Below are positions 13,461 to 27,264 of a stretch of 64,000 bases of DNA, one piece after another. Origin of the DNA: Glaucostegus cemiculus (lineage: Eukaryota); contig CDPCPM010000012.1 in NCBI GenBank assembly GCA_976551045.1, forward strand, positions 2,542,001 to 2,606,000. The letters are read 5' to 3'. Positions within the stretch are counted from its first letter, which is position 1. Every line of letters begins with the position of its first letter. The position numbers were made by a program, and so were the translations under genes. The notes beneath the pieces are model-generated. The model ran no database searches, was not told the DNA's origin, and saw only the letters and a program-made list of their open reading frames with translations.

Positions 13461-15331
13461 CACATTTGCCAGATCTGGAGAGTCCCCAGTCAGTATGGGA
13501 CACTGGTGTCATCAGTACCAATCACAGCTTAAATGTACATATCTGCACTGTACAAATGGCATTTTTAGCACCTGATTGCCTGTCAGAGGTCACGTCAGCT
13601 ACTGCTGATGTTCCCTTTGCCACCTTTCCCAAAATGAGTGCTGGGGCATTCTGTAATGACTATAACTGAGGGGTTGGATACATTTTGCATCCGATCCTAT
13701 GGCTTTCTGTTTGCCGCAGTGGTGCATCGTCCACAATCCTATTCATTTGAATGGAGCATTCGACATTTGTCAACACGCAAGTGATGTTAAGTAGATTGTT
13801 TTCTTAACAACTTAATTTTCTTTTAATTAATTTACATATGATTTAATTGAATTTACTAATATTAATAATTTGTTTTAATTAAATTTTATTCAACTATTTT
13901 GAAATGTCTCTGATCAAAGATATTTGGAAACAATAGAGAGAGAGTTTCTTCTGCCTGAGGCTGAGATGATGCTTGCGCTGATTTGTGGAACAGCTGCAAG
14001 ACCTCCAGGTCACTGGGACTGAGCAGCTGTAAAGATTTAATGGGGTTGTGGGTCTCGTGCAGGGTTGGAAGTTGGTGGGGTGGGAGGTGTAGGCCAGATA
14101 TGGCCTAATATCTGTTTCTTCAGAGGTCTGATGGATGTACTCCCACAGCAGCTGCTGTCTGTTCAGGCCACCCAGCTAGAAAATGACACTCCTGGAGTAT
14201 TTGATTATGCTTCCAATTAACATCATACATTTCGATTTGTTAGATGCAAAACAGCAGCTTCTGCAGGAGCAATGTCAAATTAAGAAATGCAGCTGTTTTT
14301 AAAGGATCTAACCTTGTTTGTGTCAAATTATTTTAAAAAAGTTACATGATCCACACATTAGGAATGATTAAAATTTGCAATTTTAGGCAATGCATCACAT
14401 TTCAACAAGGTTAATTAAAAACATGGTAATAAAGTTTCAAATCAGATTTAAATCTCAGATACAAGAATGCTCTAATTCTTTTCACTTAATATTCTCCAAA
14501 CTGCTGGATGACAGTCTGGTATAGACATTAAACTCAGTTAGCTACTTTTTGAACACCAGCTGCCCCTTTTCTACATGACTGAAATGGTTTTGAATGCTGA
14601 GCACTGAGAAGGCAGACCTGAGGCTTGAGCTTGTGAATTTAAAGTGCCCTGGCTATGGCTGTGCTTCAAAGCCAACTGTGTTGCCATTGCCAACCAATAG
14701 CCAGGTGCCTCCACCAGGGGTCACTTGATAATCATCAATCACTAGAACGCTGAACCAAATTTCTGTTCTACATGGAAAAAGGTGACCAAATGTAACATCA
14801 CTACTAAGTAATGAGATCTACAACAAGCTCAGCACAGCCTAAGAAACAGACCTGGAGCTTTCCAGTGCATTGATTCAGAAATTAGAATTTATTTAATTAA
14901 GAAAGCAGCTTTTGTCAGGTTGCATTACAGAAGGGTACATAACCAGCTGAGCATTTCCAACATTTACTGTTTTTATTAGAGGGGGTATAGAACTTAACTA
15001 CAGTTTCTGGAGCCATGAATCAATACTAGATCACATGAACAAAGATAATCTGGAGATCAGACCAAGAATCATTTTTTAAAAATTCCCTATTCACTCACAT
15101 CTCTCATTCCCCATTACCTATGGTTGCACTGGGTTTACCCATGAAGTACAAGATTGCCTGGGGGGCGTGGGGGGGGGGGGGAATAAAAAAGAAAGACTAT
15201 TTGACTCTTCAAACTGCTTTTCTCTTTCCCATGGATCATTAACTTAACCATAAGTTCCCCAGCCATCCAAAACCCCCACATTATCTTGGTTATTCTATGG
15301 TGAATCAAAAAGGTCAAATAGATAGATAGAT

Positions 15332-15596
15332 GGGCGGCACGATAGCGTAGCAGCTAGCGCGACGCTGTTACAGTGCCAGCGATCGGGGTTCGATTCCTGT
15401 CGCCGACTGTAAGGAGTTTGTACGTTCTCCCATGTCTGCGTGGGTTTCCTCTGGGTGCTCCGGTTTCCTCCCACATTCTAAAAGACGTATGGGTAGGTTA
15501 ATTTGGGGGTTTAAAATGGGCGGCGCGGACTCGTTGGGCCGAAAGGGCCTGTTACCACGCTGTAAATAAAATTAAGAATTAAATTAAATTAAAATT
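15332..15596 (+). mobile_element. Young full-length V-SINE (HE1-like)
   Basis: tRNA head with B box (ggttcgattcc), V-domain (gggtttcctctgggtgctccggtttcctcccacat), CR1-like 3' stem (gggccgaaagggcctg), (AAATT)n tail, CpGs retained. Confidence 0.9.
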
Positions 15597-15829
15597 AGAC
15601 TGAGGATTATAAATGCCTTAAGATCCCTCTTAACAGCTACAATTCCAGTTAATTTTTTTAAGATATCATCTAATTAAGAACCAAGAACTCTAAGTGTTCA
15701 AAACATTACAACTAACACTGAATTATGGAAATGAAAATTTGAGCACAAGTATAATAAACTAAAACAACAAAATTGATCCATCTTCTCAGGAATTGTGGTG
15801 GGCAATAAAACAGCTCATGGGAGGAGCAG

Positions 15830-17560
15830 ACTCCAAGAACATCCCTGTCCTCAAAGTGGTTGGTCACAGCATGTGAGTGCTGAAGACAGGTATGAAGCAT
15901 TTGCAGTAGTGTTCAGCCAGAAGTGCTGAGTAAGTGGTCCACCTCAGTTTCCTCCAGAGATCTCCATCATCACAGAACTCAGTCTCAGGCCAATTTAACC
16001 CACTAGATGTGATATCAAGAAATGGTTAAGTGGATAGGATACAGCAAAAACTATGGGACCAGATAGCATCCTGATGGTAGTACTAAAGCCCTGCACCCTG
16101 AACTAGCTGCATGTCTAGTCAACTGTTTTGATGCAGGCATCAACCTTACAGTGTAGAACACTGCTCAGGTGTGTCCTGTTTATAAAAAAAGTCAGCCAAA
16201 TCCAATCTGACCATTATTGCCCAGGCAGTCGACTCTCAATCATCAGCAAAAGGATGGAAACTGCCATCGACGGTGCAGTCATGAAGGGCCTCATCACAAA
16301 TAATTAGCTTACTGACATTCCAACTTGGGTTTTTTCAGGATCACCCAACTCCAGACCGCATCAGTGCCTCAGTCCAAACACGGACCAAAGAGCTCAACTC
16401 CTGAGGTGAAGCAGGAGCGACTGCCCTTGACATCAGAACAGCACCCGACTGAGCCTGGCATCAAGAAGGTCTGGTAAACTTAATGAGCATCAAGAGGAAA
16501 ATACTCCAGTGGTTGGAATCACACCCACACAAAGGAAGATAATTGCACCTGTCGGAAGCCAATCATTCCAGCCCAGCCCTCAGGGCAGCATACTAGCCCT
16601 GATCATCTTCAGCTGTTTCATTAATGTCCTTCCTTTCATCATAAGGTCAGAAATGATTTTACATGCTGTTGATTGTAGAATAATCAATTTGACTCACAGA
16701 TCTTCAGCAAAAGAAACAGCCTGAACCTATACGCTGCAAGTCCGAGAGAGTATCCACACATGGGCTCGTAAGTGGCAGGTAACTCTTGTGCCACACAAAT
16801 GCTAGGCAATGACCATCTCCAACATGTGAGATTCCAGTCATATACCCATGACATCCAATAGTATTCCATCGTTGAGCTCACTGTCAATATTCTGGGGTTC
16901 AGCATTAATCTGGAGCACAACTGAACTAGTCACATCGATATTGTTCCCACAAGAGCAAACCAGAGACTGGATATCCTACTGCGAGCAATTCATCGCTTGA
17001 CACCTCAAGGCCTTTCCACCATCTTTAAAGCATATTCTTGATGACGGAAAGGTTTTGAGCTATCAGGAGTGGGCTGGAGTACTTCCCACTTGCCTGGAAG
17101 AGCATATCTCCAGTGAGACTCAAGAAGCCCAACTCCATCCAAGGCAAAGCTCTCCCTTGATTGGTACCCCATTGAGCACCCTGACCATTCGCTTTTGTCC
17201 ACCACCAGTGTACAGTGGCTGCAGCGTGTATTAGTTTCAAAGTCCACTGCAGTTAGATGCTTAGGCTATTCCATCCATCCTTCCAAACCATCATGACCTC
17301 TGTCAAAGGCTTCACATGCGCGAGGGTGCCACTATATGGAAGCTTCCCTGTGGGTTGCACACCACCCTGACTTACAAGTATGTCATTATTGATTGGTCTA
17401 GATTCTGGAAATCCCTACTCAACAGCACTGTGGAAGTACATTCACTAGAAGGTTCAAGAACAGTTCAAGAAGGTGCCTCACCACCATCTTCTCAAAGACA
17501 ATTAAGGATGGACAAGAAAATGCTGGCCTTGCCATTGATGTCCAGATTCTAAAAAATTAA
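15830..17560 (+). mobile_element. Degenerate non-LTR retrotransposon (CR1/L2 group), RT region to 3' end
   Basis: Decayed KxMGPDxI, SRLSIISKRME (approximately SLLSIISKVME), QLGF and PQGSILALI motifs; 3' end ttcaagaaggtgcctcaccaccatcttctcaa. Confidence 0.8.
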
Positions 17561-18599
17561 GAAAAGAAATCCACCTTCCAATTAAATAACTGAACATCCA
17601 AGAAAAAAGAAGAAACTAAAGTCTTGTGCTTCAGTTATAGTTTGAACATTGATTTCAGACTGTGGTATTCAATTGGCAACCTTTTATACTGTCAGGTGCA
17701 TCTTGCACTAAATTCAGTTAACAAGTGAGTTTTGCAGCTTCCTGTTTTGACATGTGATGCTTTTTTTCTCTCCCAAGGTGACAAAAGATTGGATGGAATA
17801 TCACTGAAGAATATTTTAAAAGTTATGAAGACTGCAATTCTGGCTTAACAGCGAGCCACTCTGCCCCACTTCCAGCATGAACTAATGTGAGAGTTCTGGT
17901 TGGAAAGGTTTTTCGTTCCTTACTTCAGGAGCTTGATTACTAACTATATTCTATAACCTTGCCTGTCACAACAAAAATGATTTGCATTAAAATGGTGGTA
18001 TAACTGCATTCTCAGACCCAGTCAAAAAGAACCATGAAGAAACTTAAACCCATTATGTAGGTCTCTTCTAACAGGCAGAAATTAGCAACCACTTCTCTAA
18101 GCTCCTGTCCCTTGGGACAAACACACCCACCTAACCAAGTTTCTGATGGTAATCATGTTTCCTGTTCAGTCCCAGAGAGTGGATGACCCTGAATTTCTTT
18201 GTTTCAGAACTATGTTATTCGTCTACTGCAGTGGCTCATGCCTATTGCACACCTTTCATACTTTACATCCAAGCTACTTAAAAGATTTGTTCTTGAGGAA
18301 TAGCTAAACACTAACTAAAAGAAACTTCCTAGCTCAAATCACTTCATAGTGGAGGCTGTCTGAGCTCTAAAAATGGCATACCTACTTCATATCTTTCTGC
18401 AGTGTTTGAAATGTGCAGGGTAACCAGTTTTCTGTAAGTTTTATATTGATCCATCATCTCTGTACGTTAAGCTATAACAAAAATTAATCATTCCAGGAAA
18501 ATATTTTCCTTATTTTTCTACCCATTGCAGCAATGAAATGGGCTCTTGCTGATCTAGGATTGCATTGAGATTGCCAGTTTCTTTTACAAAGTCCTTGCA

Positions 18600-19430
18600 T
18601 CACAGGCGGAGGCCATGCTAGTTCATGATAAACAATCACATCACTCCTATTTCCCCACTCTATTTCTACTGTCCTGCAGATTCCTCTCTCTGATGTTGAT
18701 CCAATTTGATTCTGAAGGTGCTGATTGATTCTGTTTCTCCCATCTGAGTGAAGTCCAGACTACTCTCCTCAATTTTGAAAAAAAAATGGTTTCTTCACAT
18801 CAATGCCATTTGGCCAGCATTTTAAATCTAAATCCTTTGGTGTTTGAGCCACCTAAAACGTAATAGCTTCCTTTATTTTTATATCCTGTTCAAACTAGTT
18901 GTGATCTTGTACACATCAATCAAATCTCTGCTCATCCTCCTTTGCTCCCAGGAGCAGAACTCTAGCTTTTTCATCCATGTGACTGAAATTAATCATCCCT
19001 GGAACCATTCCAATAAATCGCATCTGCATCCTCTCTAGGACCTTCATATTCTTCCGAAAGTTAGGTGTCCAGTTGTGGTCTAACCACTTTTCAGAACTAG
19101 CTCTATGTAACTTCCCAGTTTTCTACTCTGCTCTGAATTACGAATCCCAAATGGTTCACTAACTGCTCTCAAAGTATGTACCCAGGTCCCTCTGCATTCT
19201 GTACACCCTTCAGAATCATGATGTCAAGTTTATATTGTCTCTACTTATTTTTATTTCCAAAATGCATCACTTCACGTCTCCATGTTAAATTTCATCTGTC
19301 ACTTGTCTGCCCATTCATCCAACCTATATATGTCTCCCTATGGTTTATTTTCATTCTACTCACCGTTCATCAAACTACCAAAGCTTTATGCCATCTACAG
19401 ATTGGTAAATTTTACACTGCATCACCATAG
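18600..19430 (-). mobile_element. Old CR1 3' fragment
   Basis: Reverse of FNxxxCEVMHFG (ccaaaatgcatcacttcac...catgttaaat) and a decayed FADD motif near 19400. Confidence 0.75.
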
Positions 19431-19659
19431 TGACAGCATTGGCAACATTCTGACCAGAGGGTATCAGAACCAAGCAGTATGAAACATTTGATATTCACAC
19501 AAATTTAATTTCCATCAGGAAATCGATGGAAACATAAATCAGGCTGATAGGGCTTGGGTGAGCTCTTTCCAACTCAGAGATACTCACTCTAACTCCAGAC
19601 TGACCCTAGCTGGTGATTAACACAAATTACAAACCGACTTGTCCTGAAGAAGTTAATGC

Positions 19660-20245
19660 TATAATAAACAATGTCTTCAGTGAGAAACTGAACTTGGTGA
19701 AGATGCAAAGAGTGTGTAAAAGGTTATAGACTGATTAAATGAGTGGTTGAGGAAGATGATGAGAAACCAGCAAATGTTAGTGTATGGAGTGATCATGATA
19801 ATCAAGTTTATTAAATGCAGAAAATTAACAGGTAGGTAATCAGGAAGGCAAATGTCATTTACTGCAAGGGTGCTGGAGTATAGGAGGAAGGAAGGTTTCC
19901 TGTAACTGTACAGACAATACACTTGGAGTACTGTTTGCAACATTGGTCTTTGCCCTGCAGAGTATACTTGCCTTGGTGGTAATTCATTGCATTTTGGCTA
20001 TTTTAGACTGAGGTAAGGAGACATTTCTCTACTCAGGGCTGTAAATCTTTCGAATTTGTTGTGGATGCTCTGTCACAGAGAATCTACAAGGAGAAGATTT
20101 ATACACTCTTGCTCTCCATAGGAATCAGGAGAAATAGGGACTGGATGGGAAAGTGAATGAGGTGCAGGATTAACCATATTTATAATGGGTGAAAATTCAG
20201 GCTAAAGGGGTTTTACAGCTAACTCCTGTTTCTGTTGTGTTCAGA
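19660..20245 (+). mobile_element. Old CR1 3' fragment
   Basis: cacttggagtactgtttgcaacattggtct (approximately HLEYCxQxWS); tttctctactcaggg. Confidence 0.7.
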
Positions 20246-21619
20246 TGTTCCATGGGCCCTCAAGAGAGTGATGAGAAAAGTACATTAATGGATATTTTAA
20301 TGGATTCATTAACATCAGGAAACTATCGAGTTGTCTAAAGCACTAATTCCCAAAATAGAAATGATTGAGAAAAGACATGACATGGATTTTTAATAATACG
20401 ACAGGGTTTGGAAGGTAAAATACAATCAGCAATTAGTAAGAATAAGGAAGGATGTGCAGGTAAGGGAAAATAAAGTAGGAAAGATTCCTAATGTTGAGGA
20501 TTGGCTTGATGGGCCAAATGGCCATTTCTGCATGGAACATCCTGTGCAACTCTATGCAAGCTTAGGATTATCATCTTTAAAGGCAAGATGAACAAAAAAA
20601 TCAGCCACAGGATGGAAAAAGATGTGCACATTTTAGTTCCTCAATGAGACAGCTGTCATTGGTAATCTTCTATCAACAAAAATGTTAATATATCAAAATT
20701 ATTCAATGTCTTCCAACACAGTTTGAAAAGTAAAAGGGTACAACAGCATTCACCCAAGGAATCTGATGTATTAATATTAACAACTTCAACTGCAATAAAA
20801 TGCAGGAATATAACCAATCTTAATGAGTACAGCTTTAGATTAGCCATCATGGCGCGTCAAGATTAACATAACAGTCCACTAGTGTAGTTTATAGACATAA
20901 GTGTGTTTATAAGAACTGGATGCACAGGACAGTATGACCTTAATATGTTGTACCACACATGCTGTTCAATTTGAGAATGGCTTCCCTCAATAAAGAATGT
21001 TCTTTTCATAGTCCTCTGGTTTTAGCACAATAAAGTAACCCACATCTCCAACTAAGCCACTTAAATTAACTGCTATTAGTTAACCTCTTTCATGAAGAAA
21101 ATCATTGCTCAAACCAAGAAATAATGCCCAGAAACAACTCAGCTGCAATGGTCTTAACACTGAGAATTGCTGTTAAACATTGGTCCAATAACAACTTGAC
21201 GTGCCAATGCCTTCTGCTGAAGCCTGTAAAAAGTTGAACTTGTATTGAGTGCATTTCACCTCTGACCTGTACCAAAACCTTTTGGGGAGCTGCAAAGATT
21301 TAGATGTCAAGCAGAAGTTACGCATTTACTTTCAGCAAAGGAGAAAACATACCAGAGAGTAAATTAACACAGCCCATTTTAGTAGCTGGTTGTAGGATGA
21401 AACGTGACATTAGCCAATTAGCTTATTTGCTGATGAAAGAGCATCAATGGCAACAATAAAGTTACATTGGAGCTTTCCAAATTAGTAAAGTACCTTACTT
21501 AAATCTTTTACTGCTATCAGTAAGTAGTAGGTTTAGGATCATAGCACTGACATGGCACTCCAATCTTGTAAATTGCCCTGATCTAATGGTTCTGCATTTA
21601 TTTCAATTAAACCACTTAC

Positions 21620-21671
21620 CTGAGCTGATTTATAATCGTATGATACATCTGGCTTTGGTTTTGCATTATTC
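21620..21671 (-). CDS. MAGI1: MAGI1 exon, 52 nt (NNAKPKPDVSYDYKSAQ)
   Basis: Acceptor tttgaag|G, donor CAG|gtaagt. Joins phase 2 to phase 0; resembles human NTTKPKQESQFEFK. Confidence 0.88.
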
Positions 21672-22577
21672 CTTCAAACAAAATCAAAAGCAAGGACATG
21701 TAAGGATTTATTCTTATTTTAAGTCATTTAGTTACATAGAAGTTCAATACTATTATTAAAATCAAAACATGAACTATAACTTTACAAAATAATGGAAGTG
21801 CTTCTGTTAATACATTGAACTTCTTTCCTGTTTTATCCTTTTCCTAAAAAATTTTTTCTGCCCTTTACTGAACACATTGAGTGACATTATGGCTTAGACT
21901 CCAATCATTGCTGACCCTGTAGAAGCTCATCCAATTACCCATCTCTCATGAGCAAGCCTAGACACTGCTAGTCAGCTAGTCCACCTCCAGCTCGTGAGTG
22001 AAATTTTCCCAGCTTCTTCAAATCATTGAGCTTCATGTTTCATACTCACTATGACATTTATGAAGAATACATTAAGCTGCACAAGAATGTTCAAACTTCG
22101 TGTCCGAACATAAGCACTGAGTAAGGGATGACCATCTGGATGTGGCTTTGGACTGATTATGCTCTGTCCTCGCTCACCAACTAATGGAGTACATCCAAAC
22201 AGAACTTCATTGCAGAATCAAAATATTAAAAACAGATAAAAAACATTGTTTTAGTCCCATCACAAACATTCCTCAGCCACGCTCCAACCTCTTTCTAGTA
22301 TTGGTCTGAAATTGAAATAGAGAATTTGCAATCTCGATGGCAGTTTTGACCCAGAGTTTAAATATGAACCGCATTATTACTGAGACCATCTACCGCCACC
22401 TGCACAACATCAACTAGGTCCTGCTTAAGCTTTTGGTTATCAGCTCCATTTTATCCTTATGTAGCCCACAGTCTGTTTGATTATGCTTCTCTGAAGTGGA
22501 CCAGGGTATTTTTTTTCCTAAGCTAGAAGTGGTTTAGAAATCTAATTGCCGACGTTGACCGTAAGGCAGTTTCTTAC

Positions 22578-22668
22578 CGTCCTTCCTGTGGTGGCTGCTG
22601 AGGGGTGTGAGTGGTTGTAATTGTTGCAATCTTTTCTGCATTTGTTAGCAACGATGGATTGGAGGATT
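22578..22668 (-). CDS. MAGI1: MAGI1 exon, 91 nt (ESSNPSLLTNAEKIATITTTHTPQQPPQEGR)
   Basis: Acceptor ctactag|AA, donor GACG|gtaaga; matches the recalled human LLTNAEKIATITTTHTP. Confidence 0.95.
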
Positions 22669-23589
22669 CTAGTAGAAAAGAAAATGAAACTTAAACATCC
22701 TCAGGTGTAGGAATATTATTTCAACAGATCTACACATATTGTAAGTTTAAAATTATTTTATGGAAAAGATCATTAAAAATTTCAAGGAGAGATATCTCTC
22801 GAGTGCTACCATACCCTTCTCTTACATGGGATATTTATTTTTTTAAATCTGCAATGCTTAAATTTTAATTTTTGTGTAAAAGCGTTATACTTTATTCTTA
22901 AGTAGACATGTGATTGTAAGTTCAGAGCAATTCACTTTAACTACATGAATTCTGATTTAACCAAGAATGAAATACATTTTATGGTGTGATTATGTGCCAC
23001 TGATGTTTTGCACATATTCCTTTGTTTATCTGTTGAAATAATATAGAGATGGTATTTGATTTTGCAGTTTTTACTAAAAAGGAATGTAGGTTACAAATAG
23101 TGAAATCTCAATGTCACACAGTGGTGCCATCATTTGACTTGTTCAGTCACCATAAGCTATTGGTCTGAACTATAAATGCACTGAATCAGAAAATGCAACC
23201 CTCACCCCTTGAAAACATCAGTAAAGATGCTGGATTACCTGTGGTAATAAAAATTAAATTGACTGAAAAGCAGTGGCCTTGGGCATCCTATAAATTTTAC
23301 AAGGTGTGACAACAGAAGGTCATACAGGGAAACGTGGACTGAAAATTGCAAGAGTTGTAAATCAGGTGCATGGATCCCCAGGTCCAAAGCCCCAGTCACA
23401 CAAAACTCTGTGCTGATGCTAAGAAAACCAAATCATAAAGGGTGAGGATTTGCATTAACTCACCAACCTCAAGTACTAAATTGATGTGGCCAGAAACCTA
23501 AGGAATTTCTTGCCTACATTTACAAAAACCAGCAACTTGAACACAAAAAGTAAAAATAATTACAAATTAAAACAAGAAATATTTACGTA

Positions 23590-23890
23590 AAGATAGCATA
23601 ACTTGTTAGGGGGCTTTTGGCTCAGGGGTTGGGATTGGGCAATTATGACTGAGAAAGCAGAAATGTTTTAACTCTGGGATTGCAACTGTTTGGAATTCTC
23701 CTCAGATACCTGTGGACTTTTAACTGTTAAGTATACTTAAGGCAAGATCAATAGAGTTTTGGACATTTAAAGAACTAAGAAATGCAGAGATGTCGATGGG
23801 AAAATGGATTAGATACAAAGGATCAACATGCATATTTTTGAATGGAGCATGCTTGAAGGGCTGTACATATTACTCCTTTAACTTTTGTTA
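23590..23890 (+). mobile_element. Old CR1 3' end fragment
   Basis: agaaatgttttaactctg...tggaattctc (approximately RNxFTQ..WNSL) and a 3' UTR remnant. Confidence 0.6.
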
Positions 23891-23916
23891 ATCAATGTGC
23901 ATATTTACTTGCGTCA

Positions 23917-24231
<315 letters not shown>

Positions 24232-25806
24232 TTAATTCACTGTGCCACAAAGCAAAATTAATGATGGAATGCATTACATCCCATGGTTGATGATCAAAAC
24301 ATTGGCAATCAGATCTACACAACGTAGCTGTAATTAGGTAATGTGCAACATAACTGTGAGTGGGTAATGTGCAGCTCCCTCTAAAATTTGAAAAAAAATT
24401 GAGTTTCTGCCAATAGTCAAAAATGTTTTAGTAAGTATTAAAGTGGTTGCAGAGGGAATTTGCAGGTCCTATTGATTAAGTACATAATCTGTCACCTTTA
24501 TTACTAATACAACTTAATTGAATTACATTAATGGGCACATGGGAAAGGAGTCTATCAAGCAAATTCCAACAGAAAGTGGCAGCACTGACTGCAAGAGGCA
24601 GGCACTCTATGAACATTTACAACCCAGAAAAGTTATCATTCCAGATTTCAAAATCAAGGAAGCGTAAGATTGTTTCAAGTCAACATGGAATGTTTTAAAC
24701 TTTTGAGAAGCGTGGGTAGTAAAAATGGAATAATGTGTTATACATCCCAGGATCATTAATTATCAAAAACTAATTTGCTTGTATAATAAAGCACAATGGC
24801 TTTGAATCCTTTAAAATCTTTGGCTTCAATTGAAGGCCCCATGAATGAGGCAATGTGAATGCAACATTGTATACTTAGACATCAGTGCATTTATTCAAAT
24901 TAATTAACACAAGGGAAAACTATGCACCAGCTTGCACTACACATTAAAACACAGGCAACTTGGGGATAAGAGTATATGAAATCTCACAGAAGGTGAAAGG
25001 TTAAAATCCTTGGTATGGATTTATCCTCTTTGGATATTAACACTAACACATGAATGTGAATCAACACTTAGATCATGGTCAGCTATCACAGCTTCAGGTG
25101 TTTACCTCCTGTACCAATCATACCAACATTATACCTTCAGAGTTGTATTGTGTGCCGCTGTGCTTAAATTTAGTACTTTGCCAATGTTCTGTTCTTTCTC
25201 ATTGCAGAAAGGCAAGCAAACCTCAAACCCAGCAAAACCCATTGTGAATCAAGGAGTTAGTTTCTACACTACAGCTTTGATTTTCAGGAAAAACTGTGGC
25301 TGATTAAAAACCGTGAGCTACAGAGTGTGACAGCAAGTAAACTGTGTGATTGGAGACGTAACCTCAAACTTAAAAAAAAATAAAAGCCAGGTTTGAATCA
25401 GCTCCATTTAACCATTAGCAAAGAAAGCACACTCATTGTAACCCAAAGAATTGCCCAGTTCAGATGAACCACACAAGTAGCAAGGCAAAGCAGAAAGCAG
25501 ACGTTTCATGCAGGGATTTAGGAACATTCAATGATCATAATAAATCCACATAGAATTAAGTTATCCTGAACTTACTCTTGAGATACAATTAAGCTGTTAT
25601 TTCTCAGAAAAGTTAAAATATTTAATATTTTGATAATTATAATACAGAATTTTAACTATTAAGAATATTAAATAACTTCTCTGCGGGGCAATACATTAAT
25701 AACTCCTTTGAACAAATACATTACTGATCACAAAGGATAGGGCTCAGCAGGTGAATATTGCTTCAGAGAAATACATCTTTGATCATTCTGCTTTTTGGAA
25801 AATCTA

Positions 25807-26211
<405 letters not shown>

Positions 26212-27264
26212 TTAACACCCAAAATCTCATCTTGGATGAAGTTTTAGACCAGTAAAGCAGAAAGACTTAAATATATTAAAACACAGTCAACTCTTCCATT
26301 TTTAGTTAATAACAACTGAGGGAGTTGTGAGGATTGGCACAGAAACCTGTGCCAGGGAAGTGAACCATATTGCCATGTGGAAAAGCTTATCTGTAAAAGT
26401 TTGGTGAGAACTTAAATTATCTATGGGTGTGATGCTTTAAATGGTCAAACAATTTGCTGGTGTTCATGATCTAGTGAACTATGGCAACTTGGGAGGTTTG
26501 TTGTGCCTACGGAACCAGAATTTGTTCTAAAATTGAAGTTTCCAAGTTTGTAGAATATAATTTCATTAGGAGAGCAACTTGAGAGTGGGGCTTCAGGTGT
26601 GTGGCAAGAGGTAGAACACAAAGGTTCACTTAACTCCTACGCTGCCAACAATCAGAGATGTTTAACTTGCATGTTTCCCCAAAACCTTATTGAGTTCGTA
26701 CAACAAGTTGCTGAGCCACAGAGGCAAAGATTGTGCAAATCAAGCTTGCCTTAGCCATGGATCAAAGAGGCTCATCACAATTATCCTCAAAGCTTTGAAA
26801 TAGGAAGATCTAATTCCCACTCCTTGATACAATCAAGGACAAATTCTATTTGTACAGCATCTTTAATATAGTGAAACAACCAAACAGTTCCCAAAAGGAT
26901 GCTGAGAAATTGACATCAATTCACAAAAGGTGATAAGGGGCCAGAATCTGTTCCAACTGGAGGGCCATTTTTTCTAACCTTTATGCAATATCATACTTAC
27001 CTTTTAAGGATCTACTGGTATCACCTCGCTGCCCATGGAATAGCTGAGAAACACTTGGACAGCTAGCTAAGCCATATCCCCAGGCTTAGTCCACTGTCAA
27101 ACCTATCAAAGACTAGGAGTATCTCTGACAGAAATACTCAAAAACTATTATAATTAAGTAGCTGAAACTTAAATACAGTAAAATTGAAAAGTTAAATCAA
27201 AATTACTCACACAGATTTAAAAGCATTTAAATAAAATCAGCATGAACCATGGAAATTACCTAAT

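Noticed and set aside
15332-15410. tRNA gene
   Set aside because: The tRNA-like head continues into a V-domain and LINE-derived tail, so it is a SINE.
18600-20245. Divergent CR1 pair as a twin-priming inversion
   Set aside because: Both pieces appear to carry their own 3' ends and cover the same part of the element, so they are two old insertions.
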